DNA of 64,000 nucleotides from Bacteroidales bacterium (GTDB lineage Bacteria > Bacteroidota > Bacteroidia > Bacteroidales > UBA4417), in assembly GCA_035403165.1 (NCBI GenBank), contig DAONEP010000003.1, forward strand, positions 32,888 through 96,887, given 5' to 3'. The notes beneath the pieces were generated by a model. It saw only the letters and a program-made list of their open reading frames with translations, was not told where the DNA came from and made no database searches. The position numbers were made by a program, and so were the translations under genes. Below are positions 48,767 through 57,084 of this stretch, piece by piece (the first letter of the stretch is position 1; each line of letters begins with the position of its first letter).

Positions 48767-49594
48767 ATGAATCTCAACCTTGGTTTTTCTCCCTGCCCGA
48801 ACGACACCTTCATCTTCGAAGCGCTGGTTCATCAAAAGGTAGATACGGAGGGCCTTACATTCGATTACATATTGGCTGATGTGGAGGAATTAAACCAGAA
48901 GGCTTTCCGGAAGGAATTGGATGTCACTAAGGTGAGTTTTCATGCTTTTCTTTCGTTAACAAGCCAGTACCTTTTACTTGACTCAGGGGCAGCGTTGGGG
49001 TTTGGCGCGGGACCGCTGGTGATCAGCAGGAAGGAGATGCAACTCTCCGGCCTTCGGGGAGCAAGCATAGCAATACCCGGCATAAATACTACGGCTAACC
49101 TGCTATTGTCACTCGCAGTGCCTGAAGCAAAGAATAAATCCGAAATGATCTTTTCTTCCATCGAACAGGCAGTTCTGGAAGGCAAATACGATGCCGGGCT
49201 GATCATTCATGAAAGCCGGTTTACTTATGAATCGAAGGGACTCAAAAAAGTGGCCGATTTGGGAGAATATTGGGAAAGCCTTACCGGAAGCCCTATTCCA
49301 CTGGGCGGAATTGTTGTCAGCCGGGAAATTCCGGACGACATCAGGCAGAAACTCAACCGGTCAATCCGCAGGAGCGTGGAATACGCTTTCGCAAATTCTT
49401 ACCCCCTGAATGGGTTTATTGCTGGCAATGCGCAGGAAATGAGCGAAGAAGTGATGCGTAAACACATTGAACTCTATGTTAATCAATTCTCGGTCAGTCT
49501 TGGCACTGAAGGGAAGCAAGCTGTATTGAAGCTATTCGAAATGGCTCTTAAATCAGGGTTGATAAAATCAATCCCCGGATCAATTTTTGCCTGA
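48767..49594 (+). CDS. mqnD: 1,4-dihydroxy-6-naphthoate synthase
   Basis: LGFSPCPNDTFIFEALVH N-terminal signature of MqnD. 275 aa. Confidence 0.85.
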   Translation: MNLNLGFSPCPNDTFIFEALVHQKVDTEGLTFDYILADVEELNQKAFRKELDVTKVSFHAFLSLTSQYLLLDSGAALGFGAGPLVISRKEMQLSGLRGASIAIPGINTTANLLLSLAVPEAKNKSEMIFSSIEQAVLEGKYDAGLIIHESRFTYESKGLKKVADLGEYWESLTGSPIPLGGIVVSREIPDDIRQKLNRSIRRSVEYAFANSYPLNGFIAGNAQEMSEEVMRKHIELYVNQFSVSLGTEGKQAVLKLFEMALKSGLIKSIPGSIFA

Positions 49595-49631
49595 ATTCTC
49601 CCTGCAATCGTTACTTTTGTAATTCTAATAT

Positions 49632-51554
49632 TTGCATGTGAAACAAAATAACCTCATCGGGATTTTCTTATTGCAGTTTTTAGCATTCATCCTTCCTGTT
49701 TCTGGTTATGCCCAGGTTGAAAAAGGAGGTATGCCGCGAAGCTTTTCCTTGAAGGGTTTATCAGATGAAACAGGGATAATTGAGATAACCCCTCCTGATC
49801 GCGATTCACTGATTGCTCAGGATTACCGGGATGCTTTACTGGATAAGGGCTATCGCATGGGCGTAGTTCTGCCGCTGGAAATTTCGATGAATAACAGCGG
49901 AAACTGGTATAGCATTCAGGGAGGGAGAATTTGGAAACTGTGCATCAGGAGTGCTGGCGCTCAGGCTTTAACTCTTTACTACGAACGTTTTTCCCTGCCC
50001 GAAGGTGCCGATTTCTTCGTTTACTCGAAATCCGGACAACATATTGCAGGAGCCTTCACGCCAGATAACAACCCTGAGGGCAACTGTTTCGCAACTCGCC
50101 TGATACCGGGTGATGAGATTGTGCTTGAGTATTATGAGCCTTTTTCTGTTTCATCGGTGCCGGTTATAGAACTAAACGGATTGTTATATGCCTACCGTTC
50201 TGCATTTTACGGTTCGGAAAAAAATGGAGATGATTTTGGCGGTTCCGGCTCCTGTGAAGTGAATGTAAACTGTTCCGAAGGTGACAACTGGAAAGACCAG
50301 AAACAAGGCGTTGTGCGCATTCTTACAAGGATAGGCAACAATTCTTTCTGGTGTACCGGCTCATTACTGAACAACACAAGTCAGGACTATTCGCCGCTTC
50401 TGATCACGGCAAGCCATTGTGCCTTAAACGAATATGCTGCCACATTTGCCAATTCGAACGATTTGATGCAGTGGATTTTTTATTTTAATTATGAATCGGA
50501 AGGTTGCGAAGACCCCGTAAAGGAACCTGTCAGGCAAACGATGGTTGGAGCCGAAAAACTGGCAACATCCTATTCGTTTGATAATGACCGGTTGGGTTCC
50601 GATTTTTACCTGTTAAGGCTGACCGGTACAATCCCATCGGGTTACAATCCGTTTTACAACGGATGGGATTGCAATGATGTGCCGTCATCGTCAGGCGTTT
50701 GTATCCATCATCCCCAGGGAGATATCAGGAAAATTTCCACCTATACCAAACCGGTTGTTTCGTCCACCTGGGAATCAATACCCGGCACACATTGGGAAAC
50801 TTATTGGTCGGAAACTCAAAACGGTTATGGCGTCACCGAAGGAGGATCTTCCGGCTCGCCACTGTTCAACAAGTCAGGCCAGGTGATAGGAATTCTGACC
50901 GGCGGCGGATCGTATTGTAATACTCCGAATTTAAGCGATTATTTCGGTAAGATTGCGTATTCCTGGGTGTCAAATGGAACAGCCGACACAAACCAGCTTA
51001 AACCCTGGCTCGATCCCGTTGGCACCGGCATTAAAAAAATTGCCGGATCGTATAATTCAACATTTCCTATTGCCCGCTTCAATACCGATACTATAACTAT
51101 CCCCATAGGTTCATCTGTCACATATTACGACCTTTCGGTCAATAATCCCACCGGATGGCACTGGTATTTTGAGGGCGGCATTCCTTCGGAATCGTACCAG
51201 AAATATCCTCCGGCCATTGTTTATAATACTTACGGAACATTCGATGTAAAACTGACGGTCACCAATGAATATGGAAGCGATTCCTTAATAAAAGAGGATT
51301 ACCTTACCGTTAGCGCCCGGGTGTTTCCAAACCCGACGACGGGAAAGGTTACATTATTACTGGGGCCGGGTGAACATCCTGAACTCATCATTTCAGTTTT
51401 TAACCAAACCGGGCAAAAAATTCTGGAATATGTTCCTGGCAATAGTACATCCTCTGCCATGTCCATTGACCTGAGCGGATTGCCGGCCTCGGTCTATTTT
51501 GTTTCTGTTCGCACCGGAGAATCGGTTCAGGTAAGCCGGATAGTTAAAATTTAA
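49632..51554 (+). CDS. secreted trypsin-like (lysyl-endopeptidase-like) serine protease with PKD domain and T9SS C-terminal sorting domain
   Basis: Non-ATG start (TTG 49632 or GTG 49638) plus a signal peptide. Catalytic His in ITASHCAL and Ser in GGSSGSPLF. PKD-like YGTFDVKLTVTNEYGSDS. C-terminus VFPNPTTGKVTLLL...VYFVSVRTGESVQVSRIVKI. Confidence 0.75.
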   Translation: MHVKQNNLIGIFLLQFLAFILPVSGYAQVEKGGMPRSFSLKGLSDETGIIEITPPDRDSLIAQDYRDALLDKGYRMGVVLPLEISMNNSGNWYSIQGGRIWKLCIRSAGAQALTLYYERFSLPEGADFFVYSKSGQHIAGAFTPDNNPEGNCFATRLIPGDEIVLEYYEPFSVSSVPVIELNGLLYAYRSAFYGSEKNGDDFGGSGSCEVNVNCSEGDNWKDQKQGVVRILTRIGNNSFWCTGSLLNNTSQDYSPLLITASHCALNEYAATFANSNDLMQWIFYFNYESEGCEDPVKEPVRQTMVGAEKLATSYSFDNDRLGSDFYLLRLTGTIPSGYNPFYNGWDCNDVPSSSGVCIHHPQGDIRKISTYTKPVVSSTWESIPGTHWETYWSETQNGYGVTEGGSSGSPLFNKSGQVIGILTGGGSYCNTPNLSDYFGKIAYSWVSNGTADTNQLKPWLDPVGTGIKKIAGSYNSTFPIARFNTDTITIPIGSSVTYYDLSVNNPTGWHWYFEGGIPSESYQKYPPAIVYNTYGTFDVKLTVTNEYGSDSLIKEDYLTVSARVFPNPTTGKVTLLLGPGEHPELIISVFNQTGQKILEYVPGNSTSSAMSIDLSGLPASVYFVSVRTGESVQVSRIVKI

Positions 51555-51578
51555 TATCAAAAGCAATATTGGATCCGG

Positions 51579-52685
51579 ATGAAAGGACTTCTTGATAACG
51601 TAAATATCCCTCCCTCAATTCGTAATATCGCCCTGAAAGTATTGGATGGAATCCGCCTGACACAATCAGAAGCCATTGAACTTTATTCCGAAACTGAACT
51701 CGGTTTTATCGGTGCTCTGGCCGATCATGTCCGAAAACAAAAGAATGGCGACCTGGTTTATTACAACCGGAACATCCATCTTGAACCAACCAACATATGC
51801 ATCTACAATTGCAGATTCTGTTCCTATTCGCAGCACAACAGCGGAACTTCCTGGGAATACACGGTGGAAGAAATGCTGAAGAAAGTCCGGGAAATGGGGG
51901 ATGAGATCACCGAAGTGCATATTGTAGGCGCCGTGCATCCGGCAAGGGATATTTATTATTACGGGGACCTGCTAAGGCAGGTACGGGCAGAAAAGCCCCA
52001 AGCCCATATTAAGGCCTTCACGGCTATTGAAATAGATTACATGGCCCGGAAAGAGGATCTGAGCCTGGAAGAAGGGCTTCAATACCTCAAAGACCAGGGG
52101 TTAAATTCCATTCCAGGCGGCGGTGCCGAAATATTTGACGCTGGCATCAGGAAGCAGATCTGTGAGAAAAAGTCAACGGCAGAAACCTGGCTCAGCGTTC
52201 ATGAAACCGCTCATAAACTAGGCATACCTTCGAATGCGACAATCCTTTACGGGCATATTGAAAATATCGGGCATCGCATCGACCATCTTGACCGTTTACG
52301 GCAATTACAGGACCGGACAGGCGGTTTCAATGCTTTTATCCCTTTAAAATACAGAAATAAAAACAATGAACTTTCCTGGATCGAAGAAGCGACTGTAACC
52401 GAAGATATGCGCAACTACGCTATTTCACGCATCTATCTTGATAATTTTCCGCATATTAAGGCATACTGGCCGATGATTGGAAAGGAAATGGCGTCATTGG
52501 CTCTATCCTTCGGAGTTGATGACCTTGACGGAACAATCAACGACTCTACCAAAATCTATTCCATGGCCGGCGCCGACGATAAAAGCCCGTCGATGAGCGT
52601 GCAGGAAATCGCCGATTTATGCAAAAGATCGGGCCGGATTGCTGTTGAAAGGGATTCCTTATACCGTATACTCCGGAGGAGTTAA
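51579..52685 (+). CDS. futalosine-pathway radical SAM enzyme, MqnC/MqnE family (cannot distinguish by eye)
   Basis: Radical SAM motif CIYNCRFCSY. CofH/MqnC/MqnE-like blocks VHIVGAVHP, SIPGGGAEIF, NATILYGHIE, DDLDGTI. Located in a cluster with mqnB and mqnD. Confidence 0.8.
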   Translation: MKGLLDNVNIPPSIRNIALKVLDGIRLTQSEAIELYSETELGFIGALADHVRKQKNGDLVYYNRNIHLEPTNICIYNCRFCSYSQHNSGTSWEYTVEEMLKKVREMGDEITEVHIVGAVHPARDIYYYGDLLRQVRAEKPQAHIKAFTAIEIDYMARKEDLSLEEGLQYLKDQGLNSIPGGGAEIFDAGIRKQICEKKSTAETWLSVHETAHKLGIPSNATILYGHIENIGHRIDHLDRLRQLQDRTGGFNAFIPLKYRNKNNELSWIEEATVTEDMRNYAISRIYLDNFPHIKAYWPMIGKEMASLALSFGVDDLDGTINDSTKIYSMAGADDKSPSMSVQEIADLCKRSGRIAVERDSLYRILRRS

Positions 52686-52845
52686 ATATACATGTATAAT
52701 TGCTTTTTGTATTTTTATTTTATTTCATTTTAAATATTTCTGATTACATGTCAGGCTAAAATGCTGTATTTCATACTTTACCCACCTGAAAGCATATATT
52801 TTGAAAAGTTAGGAAGTATACCTTGCAAGTTTATCTTCACTGACG

Positions 52846-52853
52846 TAACTTTG
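52846..52853 (+). promoter_or_regulatory. -7 promoter box TAACTTTG
   Basis: Exact TAnnTTTG match, 38 nt before ATG 52891. Confidence 0.4.
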
Positions 52854-52890
52854 CAAGCTTAACCTAATACTAACTCAAATATTCTACATC

Positions 52891-53445
52891 ATGAAACTTA
52901 GAAATTTTCTCGTGGTCGTTCTCGTTTTCGGCGGCTTGACAGCGCTTAATGCTCAACCGGTTGTTAAGGGTGATAAACTCCTGAACCTTGGGATCGGTTT
53001 AGGATCTACGCTTTACTCCGGTTCATATTACACAAGCACATTGCCTCCGGTTTCTGCATCGCTCGAAGTTGTCGTAAAGGATGGCCTGCTCGATAACAAA
53101 GCCGCTATAGGAATTGGCGGTTATGCCGGATTAGCAGGATACAAATATGATTATCAGGGTTGGGGCTATAAGTATACGAACATAATTATTGGTCCAAGAG
53201 GTTACCTGCATTATAATTTCCTCGATAAGCTGGATACTTATACCGGATTATTGGTTGGTTATGATATTGTAAAAGCAACTGAATTTGGTACAGCTCCCGG
53301 ATGGAACTATGAAGCTTCTTCAAGCGGGTTAATCTGGTCATGGTTTGCAGGCGGACGTTATTTCTTCAACGATAATCTTGCCGGTATGGTTGAATTGGGT
53401 TATGGTATTGCTTATCTCAATCTTGGCGTGACGTTTAAATTTTAG
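52891..53445 (+). CDS. small outer-membrane beta-barrel protein
   Basis: Signal peptide. Gly/aromatic-rich alternating strands. C-terminal F. Confidence 0.55.
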   Translation: MKLRNFLVVVLVFGGLTALNAQPVVKGDKLLNLGIGLGSTLYSGSYYTSTLPPVSASLEVVVKDGLLDNKAAIGIGGYAGLAGYKYDYQGWGYKYTNIIIGPRGYLHYNFLDKLDTYTGLLVGYDIVKATEFGTAPGWNYEASSSGLIWSWFAGGRYFFNDNLAGMVELGYGIAYLNLGVTFKF

Positions 53446-53556
53446 TTGAATTCTCTGAAGCGATGCGGGGAAAAGTTGAAGTACTTTTCCCCGCATCGCT
53501 ATTTATAAATGACATGTTTTCAGGCGATAGTTTTAGAGGCTATCTAAAACTTCATA

Positions 53557-53865
53557 TTAGCCTGCGGCTTTCAACAATTTCAGGCACCTCCTGATCTCGC
53601 CGACCCACAGGTATAATAAAAACGGCACTACCAGCACTACCAGTTTGTTGAAATGCCAGGCGGTTTTAAAATCAAGATGGATAAAATGCATAACGGCTCT
53701 TGTGGTGCCGCACGCGAAGCATTCGCGGTTAAAACAAATTTTTGAAAGGCAAAGATTAACGGTTGATTTATCAAAAAAATCAGCCGGTAAGCATAATAAA
53801 ACTACTGGGCTCACTAAAAGTAAGCCCAGGTAGCTTTTAATCAGGTATTTGTTATTGAAATCCAA
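53557..53865 (-). CDS. DUF2752-like membrane protein
   Basis: Cys motifs CLPADFF...CLSKICFNRECFACGTTRA followed by TM helices. Confidence 0.62.
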   Translation of the reverse strand: MDFNNKYLIKSYLGLLLVSPVVLLCLPADFFDKSTVNLCLSKICFNRECFACGTTRAVMHFIHLDFKTAWHFNKLVVLVVPFLLYLWVGEIRRCLKLLKAAG

Positions 53866-53866
53866 C

Positions 53867-54214
53867 TTATTTCAATACGTGGATCAAGGCGTGAATGATT
53901 CCCGGCACGCCGCAGAGTAACGTCAGGATAACATTTACAATAAAAGGCTTGCCAGCTTCATTATATTTTAAATAAACAGCTAACGGGGGAATGAAGAAAG
54001 CTAAAATAATGAGTAACAACTGATCATCATCTGTTGATCCCGGAAGTTGTGTGGGCTGGGCAACGACGTTTTCAACATCCTTTTGAATGGTGACGATTTC
54101 TTTTGCCTGTTGTTTGCCGGGGAAGGCTGCATCAGCTACCTGTACAATTCCAACCATAAAAAAGCCTAAGAATAACAGGGCGGCAATTTTCGCGTAAATT
54201 CTTTTCATGAGCAT
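53867..54214 (-). CDS. YqaE/Pmp3-family small membrane protein with N-terminal extension
   Basis: C-terminal LLLIILAFFIPPLAVYLKY......NVILTLLCGVPGIIHALIHV matches the Pmp3 proteolipid pattern. Confidence 0.68.
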   Translation of the reverse strand: MLMKRIYAKIAALLFLGFFMVGIVQVADAAFPGKQQAKEIVTIQKDVENVVAQPTQLPGSTDDDQLLLIILAFFIPPLAVYLKYNEAGKPFIVNVILTLLCGVPGIIHALIHVLK

Positions 54215-54239
54215 TAGAAAGTTAAATTAAACAATTGGT

Positions 54240-54247
54240 TAATTTTG
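54240..54247 (+). promoter_or_regulatory. -7 promoter box TAATTTTG
   Basis: Exact TAnnTTTG match overlapping the TTG start (54245) of the track ORF. Favours ATG 54269. Confidence 0.45.
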
Positions 54248-54268
54248 CTCAAAAATAGTAAAAAACTC

Positions 54269-55153
54269 ATGAAAGTAGCGTGGTGGTGTGTATTTTTTCT
54301 GTTATTCTGTAATGTAGCATATTCACAGGCGATTGAGCTTACGGGAGCCATCATAATCGGGAAATCGGAGATGATGAGTTACAGGATAGTATATAATATT
54401 AATAATAAAAATGAGATCTCCGGATATTCCATAGCGGATCTTGGCGGCGACCTCGAAACAAAATCCAGGATTTCGGGCGTGTTTAATCCGTCAAAAAAGA
54501 CATTAAGGTTTGCAGAAACGGCCATTCTGAGTACAAAAGCGAAATTATCGGTCAGCGACTTTTGCCTGATGTCCGTCAACGGAAAATTTGAAAAAAAAGG
54601 CGGGAAAAATGTATTTACCGGTAGTTTTATCTCAAAATCGCACAATGATAAACTGGTGTGCGAATCGGGAACTCTGATTCTGACAACCACAAAAGAAATT
54701 TATAAGGCAGCCGCCCAAGTTTCAAAAGCCATTGACAAACTTCCTGCTTCCGACAGTTTAACCAGGGAGATCAAGGCAAGATTAAACCCACTAAAGGGTG
54801 TGGAAAATGTCAAAACCCTGACTTCAGGCAAATCGGAAGAGTACACATTAACCGACGACACCGTGCAATTTGACATTTTTGACGACAAATTGGAAGACGG
54901 GGATATAATTTCCATCCTGAAAAATAATACGACAATTATTCACGAACTTAAAACAACGAACAAGGTCCAGTCTTTCAGGTTTGTAATCAGGGCGGATGAG
55001 AAGGCCGTTACATTCACCATCGTTGCCAATAATGAAGGATCATCTCCTCCCAATACCGTAAAAATTGTCATGACCAACGGAAAAACAAAAGAACTGCTGA
55101 TTTCTCAACTGGCGAAAAATCAGCGGGTGAAGCTGATATTCAGGAGAAAATGA
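54269..55153 (+). CDS. hypothetical secreted protein
   Basis: Signal peptide MKVAWWCVFFLLFCNVAYSQA. No family recognised. Confidence 0.45.
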   Translation: MKVAWWCVFFLLFCNVAYSQAIELTGAIIIGKSEMMSYRIVYNINNKNEISGYSIADLGGDLETKSRISGVFNPSKKTLRFAETAILSTKAKLSVSDFCLMSVNGKFEKKGGKNVFTGSFISKSHNDKLVCESGTLILTTTKEIYKAAAQVSKAIDKLPASDSLTREIKARLNPLKGVENVKTLTSGKSEEYTLTDDTVQFDIFDDKLEDGDIISILKNNTTIIHELKTTNKVQSFRFVIRADEKAVTFTIVANNEGSSPPNTVKIVMTNGKTKELLISQLAKNQRVKLIFRRK

Positions 55154-55227
55154 TTGAAGTAACCGATGATGACGATACCGGCCTGAATGATCTTTGCTAT
55201 TCCCGGCAGGCTTTGCGGTATATCCTG

Positions 55228-55932
55228 TTATAAAGAGCTCAGCAACAGGACAATCAGTAATGAATAGAGCACAAAAGTGACGATTCCCAGCACAAAACCT
55301 GCAATAGCCATTCCCTTTTGTCTTTTATTCAGGCCGATAGCCCCGAAAACAATGGCAACAGGCGCCAGAAAGGGAAAGCCGATAATGCTTACAATCCCGG
55401 TTACGAGGCTTACGATCCCAAATCCGTTCATGTCTTTCGGATCTTTCTTCCCGGGCGTTTTATCTGCCAGATCCTGATTCTGAGTATTTGTGGTATCATC
55501 GGCCGGAATAATTATCCCGTGATCAGGTGCCGTAGATTTTTTAATCTTTCTGACGCTTGTTTCAGCACTTGTTTCAAGGCCGGCAATCAGTTCATCGTCA
55601 TAAGCTTGATCTGATAAATTCCCATATCTATACTGCCGGATCAGGCTATGGTTACTTCCACTCACGGGAGGAAGTGTCGCAATGGTCTTATTTTCAGCCA
55701 GGCTGACTTGTGAACGCTGAAGTCCTGAATCGCATTTGTCCTGGAAAAATTCCTGCGATAAATTTCCTTTTTTTCGGACAGGCTGCTGAATACTGTGACC
55801 AAATTTTTTGGGAACCAGGTTGGCGACAGGGTAGGAGGTAACCTTCTTTTCTCCTGAGCATGATATGAATCCAGCCCCTGCTGACGCCACGATGATAGTG
55901 AACAGGATAGTCCTGACGATCCGGATTTTCAT
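55228..55932 (-). CDS. DUF4190-like membrane protein (lipoprotein-type signal)
   Basis: N-terminal ...GFISCSG. C-terminal double-TM block GIVSLVTGIVSIIGFPFLAPVAIVFGAIGL...GMAIAGFVLGIV. Confidence 0.6.
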   Translation of the reverse strand: MKIRIVRTILFTIIVASAGAGFISCSGEKKVTSYPVANLVPKKFGHSIQQPVRKKGNLSQEFFQDKCDSGLQRSQVSLAENKTIATLPPVSGSNHSLIRQYRYGNLSDQAYDDELIAGLETSAETSVRKIKKSTAPDHGIIIPADDTTNTQNQDLADKTPGKKDPKDMNGFGIVSLVTGIVSIIGFPFLAPVAIVFGAIGLNKRQKGMAIAGFVLGIVTFVLYSLLIVLLLSSL

Positions 55933-56012
55933 GATGAAAAAATAAATTGATAAGAACGGATGAATTGTTATCTGGCAAAAACGGAGTAATTCAATTTTAT
56001 AAGGGAAGACGG

Positions 56013-57074
56013 TTAAGAATTTCTTTCAGTTTCATTGCTATCTGTACGAGTATAGTTTTCCCATTTTGCGAGAACAGAAGCCATATCCTCGGGCAATTCC
56101 GATTCGAAATGCATCTCTTTTCCCGTTTTTGGGTGTTTGAATCCGATCGACCGGGCATGCAATGCCTGACGAGGAAGTATATCGAAACAATTCCTGATAA
56201 ACTGTTTATATTTCGCGAAAGTTGTGCCTTTCAGAATCTGGTCGCCTCCGTAACGCTCATCGTTGAACAGCGGGTGTCCGATATGTTGCATGTGAGCGCG
56301 TATCTGGTGGGTGCGGCCCGTTTCAAGGGTGCATTCGACCAGGGTAACATAATGGAAACGCTCCAGAACCTTATAATGCGTGATGGCTTCTTTGCCGTGT
56401 TTGCCGTCGGGGAATACATCCATCACCAAACGGTCGCGGAGGCTTCGGCCGATATTGCCTTCGATGGTTCCTGCCTCTTCCTTAAAGTCGCCCCAAACCA
56501 GGGCAATATATTTCCGGTCGACTTTATGTTCAAAAAAGCCGCGGGCCAGAATGGATTGTGCCAATTCATTCTTGGCTACCAGCAATAATCCGGAAGTGTC
56601 TTTGTCAATGCGATGAACCAGGTACGGCCCTTCTTCGGTTACAATGCCTTCCTGCTGAAAACGGTACGCCAGTGCGTTCACCAGGGTTCCGGTATAATTA
56701 CCGTGACCAGGATGGACGACCATCCCGGCTTCTTTGTTGATCACGAGCAATTCCGGATCTTCGTAAACCACATTCAACGGAATATCTTCGGGTATAATGG
56801 TTGTATCGCGCGGCGGATATGCCAGCAGGATGGAAATGGTATCAAGAGGCTTGACCTTGTAATTGGGCTTGACAGGAATGTCGTTTACCAGGATGTTCCC
56901 GGCATGGGCAGCATTCTGTATTTTATTCCTGGAGGCATTCTGGATACGTCCCATCAGGAACTTGTCGATACGTAACAACGCCTGCCCTTTGTCCACGACA
57001 AAGCGGAAATGTTCATACAGGTCATTCTCTTCAGCCTGCTGGTCAAGGATGTCGCTGTCGTCGGCCATGCCCAA
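56013..57074 (-). CDS. rluD: RluA-family 23S rRNA pseudouridine synthase (RluD-like)
   Basis: S4 domain followed by the catalytic HRIDKDTSGLLLVAK motif. Confidence 0.9.
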   Translation of the reverse strand: MGMADDSDILDQQAEENDLYEHFRFVVDKGQALLRIDKFLMGRIQNASRNKIQNAAHAGNILVNDIPVKPNYKVKPLDTISILLAYPPRDTTIIPEDIPLNVVYEDPELLVINKEAGMVVHPGHGNYTGTLVNALAYRFQQEGIVTEEGPYLVHRIDKDTSGLLLVAKNELAQSILARGFFEHKVDRKYIALVWGDFKEEAGTIEGNIGRSLRDRLVMDVFPDGKHGKEAITHYKVLERFHYVTLVECTLETGRTHQIRAHMQHIGHPLFNDERYGGDQILKGTTFAKYKQFIRNCFDILPRQALHARSIGFKHPKTGKEMHFESELPEDMASVLAKWENYTRTDSNETERNS

Positions 57075-57084
57075 ACGTTTGTTA

